64,000 bases of DNA. Source: Myxococcota bacterium (GTDB lineage: Bacteria > Myxococcota_A > UBA9160 > JAFDDA01). The notes beneath the pieces were generated by a model. It worked only from the letters and a program-made list of their open reading frames with translations, was not told the origin of the DNA and did not search any database. Numbering within the stretch: the stretch's first letter is position 1; each line of letters begins with the position of its first letter. The stretch is from the NCBI GenBank assembly GCA_965228475.1, contig OZ245817.1:4640001-4704000 (forward strand), in the 5' to 3' direction. Positions 45,806-54,473 of this stretch are shown here, piece after piece. A program made the translations under genes and the position numbers.

Positions 45806-47220
45806 CCCCGCGCCGGCGTCGGCGCCCGGTCGGGCTGGCTGGCGAGATGGCGGCCGAAGCGGCGCATCACCCAAAGGTGTACCCAGGCCTGGCTGAAGCG
45901 ATAGATCCACCACGGCAAGCGCGGGTGGAAGTCGTGCACGGCAGCGATCACGTTGCGGGCGCCCGCCGTGAGCCGGAACTCGAGCCGGGGCCGGGCGCCC
46001 TCCGGGTTCCGGGCGAGCCAGCCGCCGCTCACGTCGAGGACCGCCCGGGTCGGCTCGCTCCGGTCGCTGCGCGTTTCGAGCACGAGCGCCGGAGCCGGCA
46101 AGCCCAGCAGATGGAAGCGCGCCTCGTTCCCGACCCGCTCCGCGCGCAGCACGTAGCGCAGCAGCCGCGGGAGCCAGGCGACGTACTCGGCGGCCACGTC
46201 CGGCGCCTCGAAGCCGCGGGGGACCGGAAGCCGCTGGACCGAACGGGCCGTCGAGGGCATGCGGACCGGAGCTGGGCGGCGCGGCTTCGAGGGCGATGCC
46301 TCGCGGGTGGCGCGCACTTCGCCGTGGAGCGCGGCCTTCAGGGCGTCGACGGCGGATTCCCCGGGCCGGCCCATCCGTTCCTGGAGCCACGGGTCGTCGA
46401 CGACCATCTCGTGCTGGAGGCTCTCGACCAGCGGCTCGACGAGCGCGCGCGATTCCCCGCTGAACAGCGTCACCCAGAGCCGGGAGAGCCGCGGCGTGAG
46501 GAACGGGACCGGGAGCATCCACCGCTTCAGGCCGAGCACCCGCGCCGTCGTCGCCATGAGTTCCCGGTAGGTCAAGACGTCCGGGCCGCCGACGTCGGCC
46601 ACCCGCCCGGCGGTCTCGGCGTCTTCGGCGGCGAAGGCGAGCGCGGCGACGGCGTCCTCGAGGGCGATCGGCTGCATGCGCGAAGCCGTCCAGCTCGGGC
46701 AGAGCATCACCGGCAGGCGCTGCACGAGCTTGCACAGGATCTCGAGGGAGGAGCCGCCCGGCCCGATCACGAGCCCCGCCCGCACCGCGGTGACGGCGGC
46801 GCCGTGGGCCGCGAGCGCCTCTTCGACCTCGCGACGGCTCGCCAGGTGCGGCGAGAGCGGCTCGGACTCGGGGAGCAGCCCGCCCAGGTAGACGATGCGC
46901 CCCACCCCGTTGGCCGCCGCCGCGCGGGCGAAGTTGTCCGCGAGGATCAGGTCGAGGTCCTCGAAGCCCGCCTGCACGAGGCGGGCGCTCGGCGCCATCG
47001 AGTGCACCAGGTAGATGGCGACGTCCGCCCCGGCGAGACCCGCCTCGACGTCGGAAAGCGAGTAGAGATCGCAGGCCCGCCACTCGACGCCGTCCGAGGG
47101 GCTGGCCGGGACGCTGCGCCCGAGGGCGATCACCCGGTGGCGCCGGGCGAGCTCCGCCACGAGCGAGCGCCCGACGAAACCGGAGGCCCCGGCGATGGCG
47201 ATGGTGAGTCTCGTCTCCAC
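45802..47220 (-). CDS. Atypical SDR NAD(P)-binding protein with C-terminal extension (YbjT/DUF2867-like)
   Basis: GASGFVG, YLVHSM, IVYLGGL, HLASRREV, QPIA, GGPDVLTY. Confidence 0.8.
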   Translation of the reverse strand: METRLTIAIAGASGFVGRSLVAELARRHRVIALGRSVPASPSDGVEWRACDLYSLSDVEAGLAGADVAIYLVHSMAPSARLVQAGFEDLDLILADNFARAAAANGVGRIVYLGGLLPESEPLSPHLASRREVEEALAAHGAAVTAVRAGLVIGPGGSSLEILCKLVQRLPVMLCPSWTASRMQPIALEDAVAALAFAAEDAETAGRVADVGGPDVLTYRELMATTARVLGLKRWMLPVPFLTPRLSRLWVTLFSGESRALVEPLVESLQHEMVVDDPWLQERMGRPGESAVDALKAALHGEVRATREASPSKPRRPAPVRMPSTARSVQRLPVPRGFEAPDVAAEYVAWLPRLLRYVLRAERVGNEARFHLLGLPAPALVLETRSDRSEPTRAVLDVSGGWLARNPEGARPRLEFRLTAGARNVIAAVHDFHPRLPWWIYRFSQAWVHLWVMRRFGRHLASQPDRAPTPARG

Positions 47221-47313
47221 CCCGACAGTGTGACTCACCGCGGCCGATCGTCCCGCAGATGCGAGTACCGCACCGGGACCCGTTGGCCCATCCTTCGGCC
47301 GAGGAGGCTCCCC

Positions 47314-47976
47314 ATGCCCGATGGCCCGAAGTCCGCCTGGCTCTCCCCCGAACTCCAGCAATACCTCGTGGCCCACGGGACTCCGCCCGACGCCGTGCAG
47401 CGCGAACTGATCGAGGAGACCGCCCGGCTCGGCGGCATCGCCATCATGCAGATCGCGCCCGAGCAGGGCGCCTTCATGCAGCTGCTCGTGACCGCGCTCG
47501 GGGCGAAGCGGGTCATCGAGGTCGGCACCTTCACCGGCTACTCGGCCCTGTGCATCGCCCGCGGCCTCCCCGAGGACGGAACGCTCCTGTGTTGCGACGT
47601 CTCCGAGGAGTGGACGTCGGTGGGGCGTCGCTTCTGGGAGAAGGCCGGCGTCGCCGACAAGATCGAGCTGCGCATCGGGCCGGGGATCGAGACGCTCGAA
47701 GCGCTGCCGGAGGAAGAGACCTTCGACATGGCCTTCATCGACGCCGACAAGCCGAGCTACCCGCTCTACTTCGAGGCGCTGCTCCCGCGCCTGCGCACGA
47801 ACGGCGTGATCCTCGTCGACAACGTGCTCTGGGCGGGGAACGTCGTGAACCCGGAAGCCGACGACGAGAACACGAAGCACATCCGGGCGTTCAACGAGAA
47901 GGTCGCGGCGGACCCGCGCGTCGAGACCGCGATCCTCCCGCTCGGCGACGGGATCACCTTCCTGCGGAAGCGCTAG
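47314..47976 (+). CDS. Class I SAM-dependent O-methyltransferase (CCoAOMT-like)
   Basis: MQIAPEQG, EVGTFTGYS, FIDADK, VDNVLW; GAGGAGG RBS. Confidence 0.92.
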   Translation: MPDGPKSAWLSPELQQYLVAHGTPPDAVQRELIEETARLGGIAIMQIAPEQGAFMQLLVTALGAKRVIEVGTFTGYSALCIARGLPEDGTLLCCDVSEEWTSVGRRFWEKAGVADKIELRIGPGIETLEALPEEETFDMAFIDADKPSYPLYFEALLPRLRTNGVILVDNVLWAGNVVNPEADDENTKHIRAFNEKVAADPRVETAILPLGDGITFLRKR

Positions 47977-47988
47977 ACGCCGCGGCGC

Positions 47989-48462
47989 TCAGCCGAGGAA
48001 GAGGCCGCAGTCGGGGCACTCGCTCGCGCCCGCCGTCGCGGTGCCGCAGGCCGGGCAGGCGTCCTCGCCGGCTTCGGTGTCGCCTTCGCTCGGAAGGTCC
48101 GGGATCTGCTCGCGCTCGACCTCGGCGTCGATGGCGCGGGCGCGTGCCGCGTCCTCCTCGCGCACGAACAGCCCGCAGGCCGAGCCCGTCAGGCCGCTGC
48201 GCGCGCCGTGGCGCTCCGGGTCGATGATCTCCACCCGGCTCGGGATGCCGTCGGCCCGCAGACGGCCCGCCAGGGCCTCGATCCACGCCGGACCCTCGGC
48301 CCGGATCAGGACAAGGGCCGAGATGTCCGGGAGCCCCTCCGGGCCGCCGTCCTCCGGCAACTCGGAGGCAAGGCGCAGGGGCACCCCGCAATCACTACAC
48401 ATCTCCGTGTGAGGCAGGAAATCCTCACCGCACTCGGGGCAACGCTTCAGGTCGGGCCGCAC
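47989..48462 (-). CDS. Double zinc-ribbon protein flanking a DUF2007-like domain
   Basis: CPEC..CSDC and CPAC..CPDC around LRADGIP..LFVREEDAARARA; GTG 48462 lies 7 nt after TAGAAT. Confidence 0.7.
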   Translation of the reverse strand: MRPDLKRCPECGEDFLPHTEMCSDCGVPLRLASELPEDGGPEGLPDISALVLIRAEGPAWIEALAGRLRADGIPSRVEIIDPERHGARSGLTGSACGLFVREEDAARARAIDAEVEREQIPDLPSEGDTEAGEDACPACGTATAGASECPDCGLFLG

Positions 48463-48604
48463 GGCGCGCATTCTAGGGCTTTTCGGGAAACCCGCGTTCC
48501 TGGCGCCCCCGGGGCCCCGGGGGGCGGCCAGAAACCCCGATCTGAGCGAGAATTGCCTGGAACCATCTGCATCCATGCAGAAACTCAGGGAAAGACCGAG
48601 CCGA

Positions 48605-49273
48605 ATGTCGGAGCAACGACGGTCGCGCCGGGAATGGGACGAGGAAGACGAGGAATTCCTGCGCCAGATCGCGCAGGGGGACGCCGATGCCTTCCGACAT
48701 CTCTTCCAGCGCTACTACCCCCGCGTCTACGCTTTCGTCCTTCGGCGCCTCGGCGATTCGACACTCGCCGAGGACACGACGGTGGAAACGTTCGCGGAGC
48801 TGTGGCGGACCGCGAAGCGCTTCCGGGGTGAGTCTCGTCCTTCGACGTGGATCTATGGGATCGCTCACTTCAAAGCGCTTGCCGCACGCCGCGCCGCGAT
48901 GAGGAACAAGCGCTCGAAGGTGATTCCGGTCGACTTCGAGACGCTCTCACGGGCTCCTTCACCCGAAGTCCTCCAGGACAAGGTGGAAGCCCGCGAGGAG
49001 GTCAGACGCGTGCGGCAGGCCATCCAGGCACTCCCCCAACGATACCGTCAGGTCATCGAGTTGGCGTTCTTCGAGAACCTGCCGTACTCGGAGATCGCGC
49101 GGCGTCTGGGGATGGCCGAGGGCACCGTGAAGACGCAGATCTCCCGCGCGCGGGACCGCCTGCGCAAGCAGCTCGCGAGCATGCAGGTCGCCGGCGAGCA
49201 TCAGGCCGGCGCCGACCCGAAGCCCGACGACGACCCGGGAAGCCCGAGCGACAGCCGGATGGGGCTTCGCTGA
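48605..49273 (+). CDS. ECF RNA polymerase sigma factor
   Basis: AFRHLFQRY, FRGESRPSTWIYGIA, YSEIARRLGMAEGTVKTQISRAR. Start uncertain (48575 possible). Confidence 0.9.
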   Translation: MSEQRRSRREWDEEDEEFLRQIAQGDADAFRHLFQRYYPRVYAFVLRRLGDSTLAEDTTVETFAELWRTAKRFRGESRPSTWIYGIAHFKALAARRAAMRNKRSKVIPVDFETLSRAPSPEVLQDKVEAREEVRRVRQAIQALPQRYRQVIELAFFENLPYSEIARRLGMAEGTVKTQISRARDRLRKQLASMQVAGEHQAGADPKPDDDPGSPSDSRMGLR

Positions 49274-49956
49274 TGGCGCGACGAAGAGAAACGCCCGAGT
49301 GCCCGCCCGAAGTGCTGGCGGCCATCCCGTGGTACCCGGACGACCTCTCCCAGCGCGAACGCGGCGAGGTGGACAGCCACGCGGCCGAGTGCCTCGACTG
49401 CCGCCGAGAGCTCGAGGCGCGCATGGCCGACCCCGACGAGGAAGCCTCCTGGCCCGCCCCGGAGCCGGACCAGGTCTTCACCCGCGTCCTCGCCCAGATC
49501 GAGATCGGCGAGGCCGAAACCATGCGCGAGTGGGCGCGGGCGCCGCGGCGCAAGCGCGCCGTGCGCTGGCTGCGCGAACGCGAAGTCCACGTCCCGGGTC
49601 TCGCGACGCCGGTCTCCGCAGCTCGTGGCCTCCAGGCGGCCGCTTCCTTCGGCGCGGTGATCGCGGCGGCGGCACTGTTCTTCGGCGCGAGCCCGGAGCG
49701 GCAGCCGGCGCCGGTTCCGACGGTCGTGCACACCCGCGAGCTCCCGCGCATCGATGTCGTGTTCCGCGAGGAGCTGACGGCCAGCGCGATGGCGGCGGCC
49801 CTGGCCGGCGTCAACGGCGAGATCGTGGCGGGCCCGACGGCTCGCGGCCGCTACCAGGTCGAGCTCCCGGCGGGCGCGGACCCCGAGATCGCAGCCCAGG
49901 CCCTGGACGACTCCGGCGCCGTGATCTACGCCGAGCCCGCCAAGGGCAGCCTCTAG
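49273..49956 (+). CDS. zf-HC2 anti-sigma factor with TM helix and C-terminal ferredoxin-like domain
   Basis: IPWY, HAAECLDC (HxxxCxxC); ATG overlaps the sigma stop (TGATG). Confidence 0.8.
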   Translation: MARRRETPECPPEVLAAIPWYPDDLSQRERGEVDSHAAECLDCRRELEARMADPDEEASWPAPEPDQVFTRVLAQIEIGEAETMREWARAPRRKRAVRWLREREVHVPGLATPVSAARGLQAAASFGAVIAAAALFFGASPERQPAPVPTVVHTRELPRIDVVFREELTASAMAAALAGVNGEIVAGPTARGRYQVELPAGADPEIAAQALDDSGAVIYAEPAKGSL

Positions 49957-49965
49957 GCCTCCGCG

Positions 49966-50526
49966 CTACTCGCTCGAAGAATCGCCCCGGAGCCAGCGTG
50001 CGGTGCATTCCGCGAACCAGCCGCCGTGGGACCGCGCCGCCTCGAGATGCGCCGCCGTCGGGCCGGGCGCCCCGCCCTTCGGATTCGTCGGCGCCACCGC
50101 CCCCCAGTGCATGCCGCCCTCGGCGAAGCCGGCCAGCCGGTTGTGCATCGGCACCAGCAGCATGCCGTGCTCGGCCAGCGTCGTGAGGATCGAGAGCAGC
50201 GCGAGTTCCGCACCTCCGCGGGCGCCATCGCCCGCGCTCACGAAGGCCGCGCCGAGCTTCCCGCGCAGCTCGCCGGCCAGCCAGAGCCGGGACGTGCCCG
50301 CCAGGAACTCGCGGATCGTCGCGTCGGGTCCGCCCATGTGGACGCCGCAGCCGATGGCCACGGCGTCGGCGGCGAGCAGCGCGGCGGGTTCGGCATCGGC
50401 GACTTCGAGCAGGGTCACTTCGGCGCCGGCGGCGCGCGCCCCTTCCGTGAACGCCTCGGCCATGCGGCGCGTCCGCCCGGTCCGCGAGGCGAAGACCACC
50501 GCGATCCGCGGCGGGCCCACGCTCAC
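49966..50526 (-). CDS. Flavodoxin-like NAD(P)H:quinone oxidoreductase (WrbA family)
   Basis: SRTGRTRRMAE, ADAVAIG, LRGKLGAAF, HGML. Confidence 0.8.
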   Translation of the reverse strand: MSVGPPRIAVVFASRTGRTRRMAEAFTEGARAAGAEVTLLEVADAEPAALLAADAVAIGCGVHMGGPDATIREFLAGTSRLWLAGELRGKLGAAFVSAGDGARGGAELALLSILTTLAEHGMLLVPMHNRLAGFAEGGMHWGAVAPTNPKGGAPGPTAAHLEAARSHGGWFAECTARWLRGDSSSE

Positions 50527-50545
50527 GCCTCGCCCCGGGAAGCGC

Positions 50546-51457
50546 TCACGCTTCGGCCCGGGCGGCCTCGACGGCTGCGGCGAAGTCCGGCGGATCGGGA
50601 CTCTCCGCCTTGATCACGTCGTACTCGAGGCGAGCGCAGTGGAGCATGTGGCGCGGAGCGCTCTCGGCGGCATCGCCGCCGTAGACCTTGTCGCCGAGCA
50701 CCGGGTAGCCGAGGTGCGCGAAGCCGACGCGGATCTGGTGCAGGAAGCCGGTCTCGAGCGCGACTTCGACGAGGCTCGCGCGCGCGAAGCGTTCGAGGGT
50801 CCGATAGCTCAGTCGCGTCGCCCGCCCCCCGCGGCCCGGAGCGACCTTCACGAAGGCCGGCCGATGCTGGGCGACGACGAGCTTCAGGTCGAGGCGCCCT
50901 TCGTCCTCCGGCGATCCGGCCACCAGCACGCGGTAGGTCTTGCGGATCGCGTGGGCCGAGAAGGCCTCGCGAAGCTGCACCCACGCGGCCTCCTCGGTGG
51001 CGAACAGCAGCGCGCCGGAGGTCTGCACGTCGAGCCGATGGAGGACGCCGCTGCGCAGGCCACCCTCGCCCACGCCCTGGGTCTCGGGGTGCCGCGCGAC
51101 GAGGGCATTCAGGAGCGTTCCCGTCTCCTCGGGGTCGAGCGGATGCACCGCGGTCCCGGCGGGCTTGTCGACGGCCAGCCACCCGGGGCCCTCGGCCAGC
51201 ACCGTCAGCGGCATCTCCGGCTCGGCGATGGCGCGCTGATCGGTCGGGTGGACGAAGTCCTCGACGGTGACGCGCACGCCGGGCTCGAGGGTCAGGCCCT
51301 TGGCGTTGCGGCCGGCGGGGACGCCATCCAGGGAGACGCGCCCCGCCTCGAGCAGCTTCCGCGTCTGGGAGCGAGACAGGGAGAGCCGGCGGGCGAGCAG
51401 CACGTCCAGCCGCTCCTCCGTCTCCTCGTCACCGACCTCGAACTCGTGATTCTCCAT
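50546..51457 (-). CDS. RluA-family pseudouridine synthase with S4 domain (RluD-like)
   Basis: RLDVLLA..SRS, VDKPAG, HRLDVQTSG, LETGFLHQIRV, GDKVYG. Confidence 0.9.
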   Translation of the reverse strand: MENHEFEVGDEETEERLDVLLARRLSLSRSQTRKLLEAGRVSLDGVPAGRNAKGLTLEPGVRVTVEDFVHPTDQRAIAEPEMPLTVLAEGPGWLAVDKPAGTAVHPLDPEETGTLLNALVARHPETQGVGEGGLRSGVLHRLDVQTSGALLFATEEAAWVQLREAFSAHAIRKTYRVLVAGSPEDEGRLDLKLVVAQHRPAFVKVAPGRGGRATRLSYRTLERFARASLVEVALETGFLHQIRVGFAHLGYPVLGDKVYGGDAAESAPRHMLHCARLEYDVIKAESPDPPDFAAAVEAARAEA

Positions 51458-51546
51458 GGCGAGGCGCAGGGTGCGCGACCTCGGCGCCCGGGACAAGGGC
51501 CGCCCCGAACCGTGCGGGAGTGGCCCGCCCGGTGGCCCCGCTTTGC

Positions 51547-51575
51547 TTGACACACCCCCCGCCCCGGGTGATCCT
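51547..51575 (+). promoter_or_regulatory. Sigma70-type promoter of the cimA leader (TTGACA-N17-GATCCT)
   Basis: Perfect -35 at 51547-51552 with 17-nt spacing to a degenerate -10. Confidence 0.6.
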
Positions 51576-51584
51576 GCGGGCCTC

Positions 51585-51653
51585 ATGTTCGAAGCCATCG
51601 GCAGCCGCGTGATTATCATCATCGCCCCGTCTGGAGGGCCCGCGGTGCGCTGA
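51585..51653 (+). CDS. Attenuator leader peptide MFEAIGSRVIIIIAPSGGPAVR
   Basis: GTG ATT ATC ATC ATC control codons, followed by a terminator and then cimA. Confidence 0.8.
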   Translation: MFEAIGSRVIIIIAPSGGPAVR

Positions 51654-51676
51654 CGCTTCGAGCGTTGGACGATTCC

Positions 51677-51704
51677 AAGCCGCGGAGACCCCGCGGCTTT
51701 TTTT
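51677..51704 (+). terminator. Attenuator terminator hairpin
   Basis: AAGCCGCGG-AGACC-CCGCGGCTT followed by a T run, upstream of the cimA start. Confidence 0.88.
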
Positions 51705-51766
51705 GTGCCCGGCGATCGCTGCCGCCGCCCCTGGCGGGGCGGCCCTCGCCGGCGAGGAGGACAGAG

Positions 51767-53419
51767 ATGGCAACGCGCAAAGCCCGCCCCCCCGCGAAGC
51801 GACGCAAGGCTGCGAAGGGTCCGGCCCGCAAGGCGTCGAAGCGGCCCGCCCGCCAGCCCGCCAAGCGCTCGGCCACGAAGGCGGCTCCCGGCAAGCCGCG
51901 CGTCGAGATCATGGACACGACCCTGCGCGACGGCGAGCAGACGCCGGACATCGCCTACTCCCCGGCCGAGAAGCTCCAGATCGCGCGCATGCTCCTGCAG
52001 GAGGTGAAGGTCGACCGCATCGAGGTGGCGGGCACGCGGGTTTCCGAGGGCGAGCGCCAGGCCACCCGCGAGATCACCGCCTGGGCCCGCAAGGCCCGCG
52101 CCCTGAAGCGCGTGGAAGTCCTCGGCTACTGCGACGGCAAGAAGAGCGTCGATTGGATCCTCGGCGCCGGCGGCCGGGTGATGAACCTGCTCACCAAGGG
52201 CTCCGAAGCCCACTGCCGTGGCCAGCTCGGAAAGACGCCGGAGCAGCACTGGCGCGACGTCGCCCAGACCCTCGAGTACGCCAAGCAGAAGCGGCTCACG
52301 GTGAACGTCTACCTCGAAGACTGGTCCCAGGGCATCCGTCACAGCCCCGACTACGTCTTCCGCATGATGGGCGCCCTGGCCCCGTTCGACGTGGAGCGGA
52401 TCTATCTGCCCGACACGCTCGGGGTGCTCGGGCCGGACGAGGTGCGCCACTTCGTCGGGCTCATGGCCGAGAGCTTCCCGGCCGTCCACTTCGAGTTCCA
52501 CTCCCACAACGATTACGGCCTCGCCACGGCCAACTGCCTGGCGGCGGTGAAGGCCGGCGCGCGCGGCGTCCACACCAGCGTGAACGGCATGGGCGAGCGC
52601 TCGGGGAACACGCGCCTGGCCGAGATGATCGCGGCGATCCACGACCGCAGCCCCTTCGAGACCCAGGTCGTCGAGTCCCGGCTACTCGCGGTCTCCCGGA
52701 TGGTCGAGACCTTCACGGGCAAGGAGGTCGCCGCCAACGCGCCGATCGTCGGGCGCGACGTCTTCACCCACACCGCCGGCATCCACAGCGACGGCGATGC
52801 CAAGGGCGACCTCTACACGACGACGCTCTCGCCCGCGCGCTTCGGCCGCAAGCGGCGCTACGCCCTCGGCAAGCTCGCGGGCAAGGCCTCGGTCGACCAC
52901 AACCTGAAGTCGCTCGGCATCGAGCTCTCGGCGAGCGAACGAGATCTCGTGCTGAAACGCGTCGTCGAACTCGGCGACAAGAAGCAGGTGATCAGCGCCG
53001 AGGACCTGCCCTACATCATCGCGGACGTGCTCGACGCCCCCGACGCCACGCGCGTGAAGATCGAGCGCTACGTCGTGAACGTCGACAGCGAGGACAAGCC
53101 GCAGGCGGAGGTGACCGTGCGGGTCGGGCGGCGCAAGGCCTCGGCCCGGGCCGCGGGCGCCGGCGGCTACGACGCGTTCATGAACGCCCTGAAGAAGGCG
53201 ATGCGGAAGTTCGAGGTGGCCGTGCCGCCGCTGGCCGACTTCCGCGTGCGCATCCCGCCCGGGGGACGCACCGGCGCGCTCGTGGAGACCATCATCGCCT
53301 GGCGTTCGCCCGACGACCCCGAGGCCTCCTTCACCACGATCGGCGTGGACTCGGACCAGATCGCCGCCGCCGTGATCGCGACGGAGAAGATGCTGAACGC
53401 GGTGGTGGGCAGCGCCTGA
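51767..53419 (+). CDS. cimA: (R)-citramalate synthase, Leptospira/Bacteroidetes type (LeuA superfamily)
   Basis: DTTLRDGEQT, NLLTKGS, NVYLEDWS, LPDTLG, HSHND, GMGERSGN; C-terminal regulatory domain; GAGGAGG RBS; Ile attenuator upstream. Confidence 0.85.
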   Translation: MATRKARPPAKRRKAAKGPARKASKRPARQPAKRSATKAAPGKPRVEIMDTTLRDGEQTPDIAYSPAEKLQIARMLLQEVKVDRIEVAGTRVSEGERQATREITAWARKARALKRVEVLGYCDGKKSVDWILGAGGRVMNLLTKGSEAHCRGQLGKTPEQHWRDVAQTLEYAKQKRLTVNVYLEDWSQGIRHSPDYVFRMMGALAPFDVERIYLPDTLGVLGPDEVRHFVGLMAESFPAVHFEFHSHNDYGLATANCLAAVKAGARGVHTSVNGMGERSGNTRLAEMIAAIHDRSPFETQVVESRLLAVSRMVETFTGKEVAANAPIVGRDVFTHTAGIHSDGDAKGDLYTTTLSPARFGRKRRYALGKLAGKASVDHNLKSLGIELSASERDLVLKRVVELGDKKQVISAEDLPYIIADVLDAPDATRVKIERYVVNVDSEDKPQAEVTVRVGRRKASARAAGAGGYDAFMNALKKAMRKFEVAVPPLADFRVRIPPGGRTGALVETIIAWRSPDDPEASFTTIGVDSDQIAAAVIATEKMLNAVVGSA

Positions 53420-53483
53420 ACCCTTCGGCGCCGCCCCTGGCGAGCGATTGACCCGGGCCGGGGAGCCGCCGATATTCCCGCCG

Positions 53484-54467
53484 ATGCCGCCCTCCCGCGC
53501 CCGCACCCTCTCCCGCCGCGCCCTCGCGCTCGGCGTCCTGCCGCTCCTGTGGGCGGTCGGCTGCCGCAGCACGCCGGAGAGCGACCCGCGCTACCGGCCG
53601 AGCGAGAACGTGCTCGAGGTGGTGGCGGTGCTTCGCCGCCACGTTCCGGACGACACCTACCGCTTCGAGCCGGCCCGGGACTTCGCCGGGCGGAACGTCT
53701 ACCGGGCCTCCCTGATCCGCCTCGAGAACCTCGAACGCGTCCACGCGGACGCCCTGCGCGCCGGGCACATGGATGGCGTGGTCGCCTTCGCCAAGGCCCG
53801 CTCCCTCGAGCGGCTGCGCGCCTTCGCCCTGGCCGCGGAGCACTACCGGCGAGCGGCGGAGCTCGAAGAGCCCCTCGCCCTCGAAGCCCGGCGCGCCGCC
53901 GCCCTGTGCGATGCCCTCGGCGAGGCCGCCGAGCTCGGCTTCGACGCAAGCCGCCCGGCCCGGCCCGACGACCCGGAACCCCCGCGCGACGAAGCCGGCG
54001 TCGTCGCCGCCTACGAGGCCCGCATGGCCCTGCTCGAAGCCCTGGCCGCGGACCGGCCCGAAGGCCACTACGGCTTCCTGGTGCAGGAGGAGATGGAGCG
54101 GGCGGACATCGCCCGGGCGCGCTACTTCGTCGCTTCGCGGCGGATCCTCCCGGACGGGAACGTCCGGGCCCTCGGCGAACTCCAAAGAGTGATCGTGCGG
54201 CACCGCGACAGCAAGTCGGCCAACGCCCACCTGCTCGAGCTGGCCGACCTCTATGCGGACCTGGCGACCGAGTACGCGGAAGCCCACCCCCCGGAGAGCA
54301 TGTCCTTCGACCCGCCCGCCTTCCAGGACCTCGTCGACGCCGCCTCGCGGCTCTACGAAGCCGTCGCGAACCAGGACGGCACGCCCCAGAAGCTCGAAGC
54401 GGCGCGGCGTCTCGAGGCCTTCCTCGCCTTCACCCTGCGTGTCGACCGTGACCGCTTCAGCCGGTAG
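53484..54467 (+). CDS. Hypothetical helical (TPR-like) lipoprotein
   Basis: SRRAL N-region and lipobox AVGC; all-alpha pattern. Start uncertain. Confidence 0.7.
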   Translation: MPPSRARTLSRRALALGVLPLLWAVGCRSTPESDPRYRPSENVLEVVAVLRRHVPDDTYRFEPARDFAGRNVYRASLIRLENLERVHADALRAGHMDGVVAFAKARSLERLRAFALAAEHYRRAAELEEPLALEARRAAALCDALGEAAELGFDASRPARPDDPEPPRDEAGVVAAYEARMALLEALAADRPEGHYGFLVQEEMERADIARARYFVASRRILPDGNVRALGELQRVIVRHRDSKSANAHLLELADLYADLATEYAEAHPPESMSFDPPAFQDLVDAASRLYEAVANQDGTPQKLEAARRLEAFLAFTLRVDRDRFSR

Positions 54468-54473
54468 CCGAAG

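Noticed and set aside
51767..53419. Annotation as leuA (2-isopropylmalate synthase)
   Set aside because: The NLLTKGS and YLEDWS motifs and the Ile-codon leader point to citramalate synthase.
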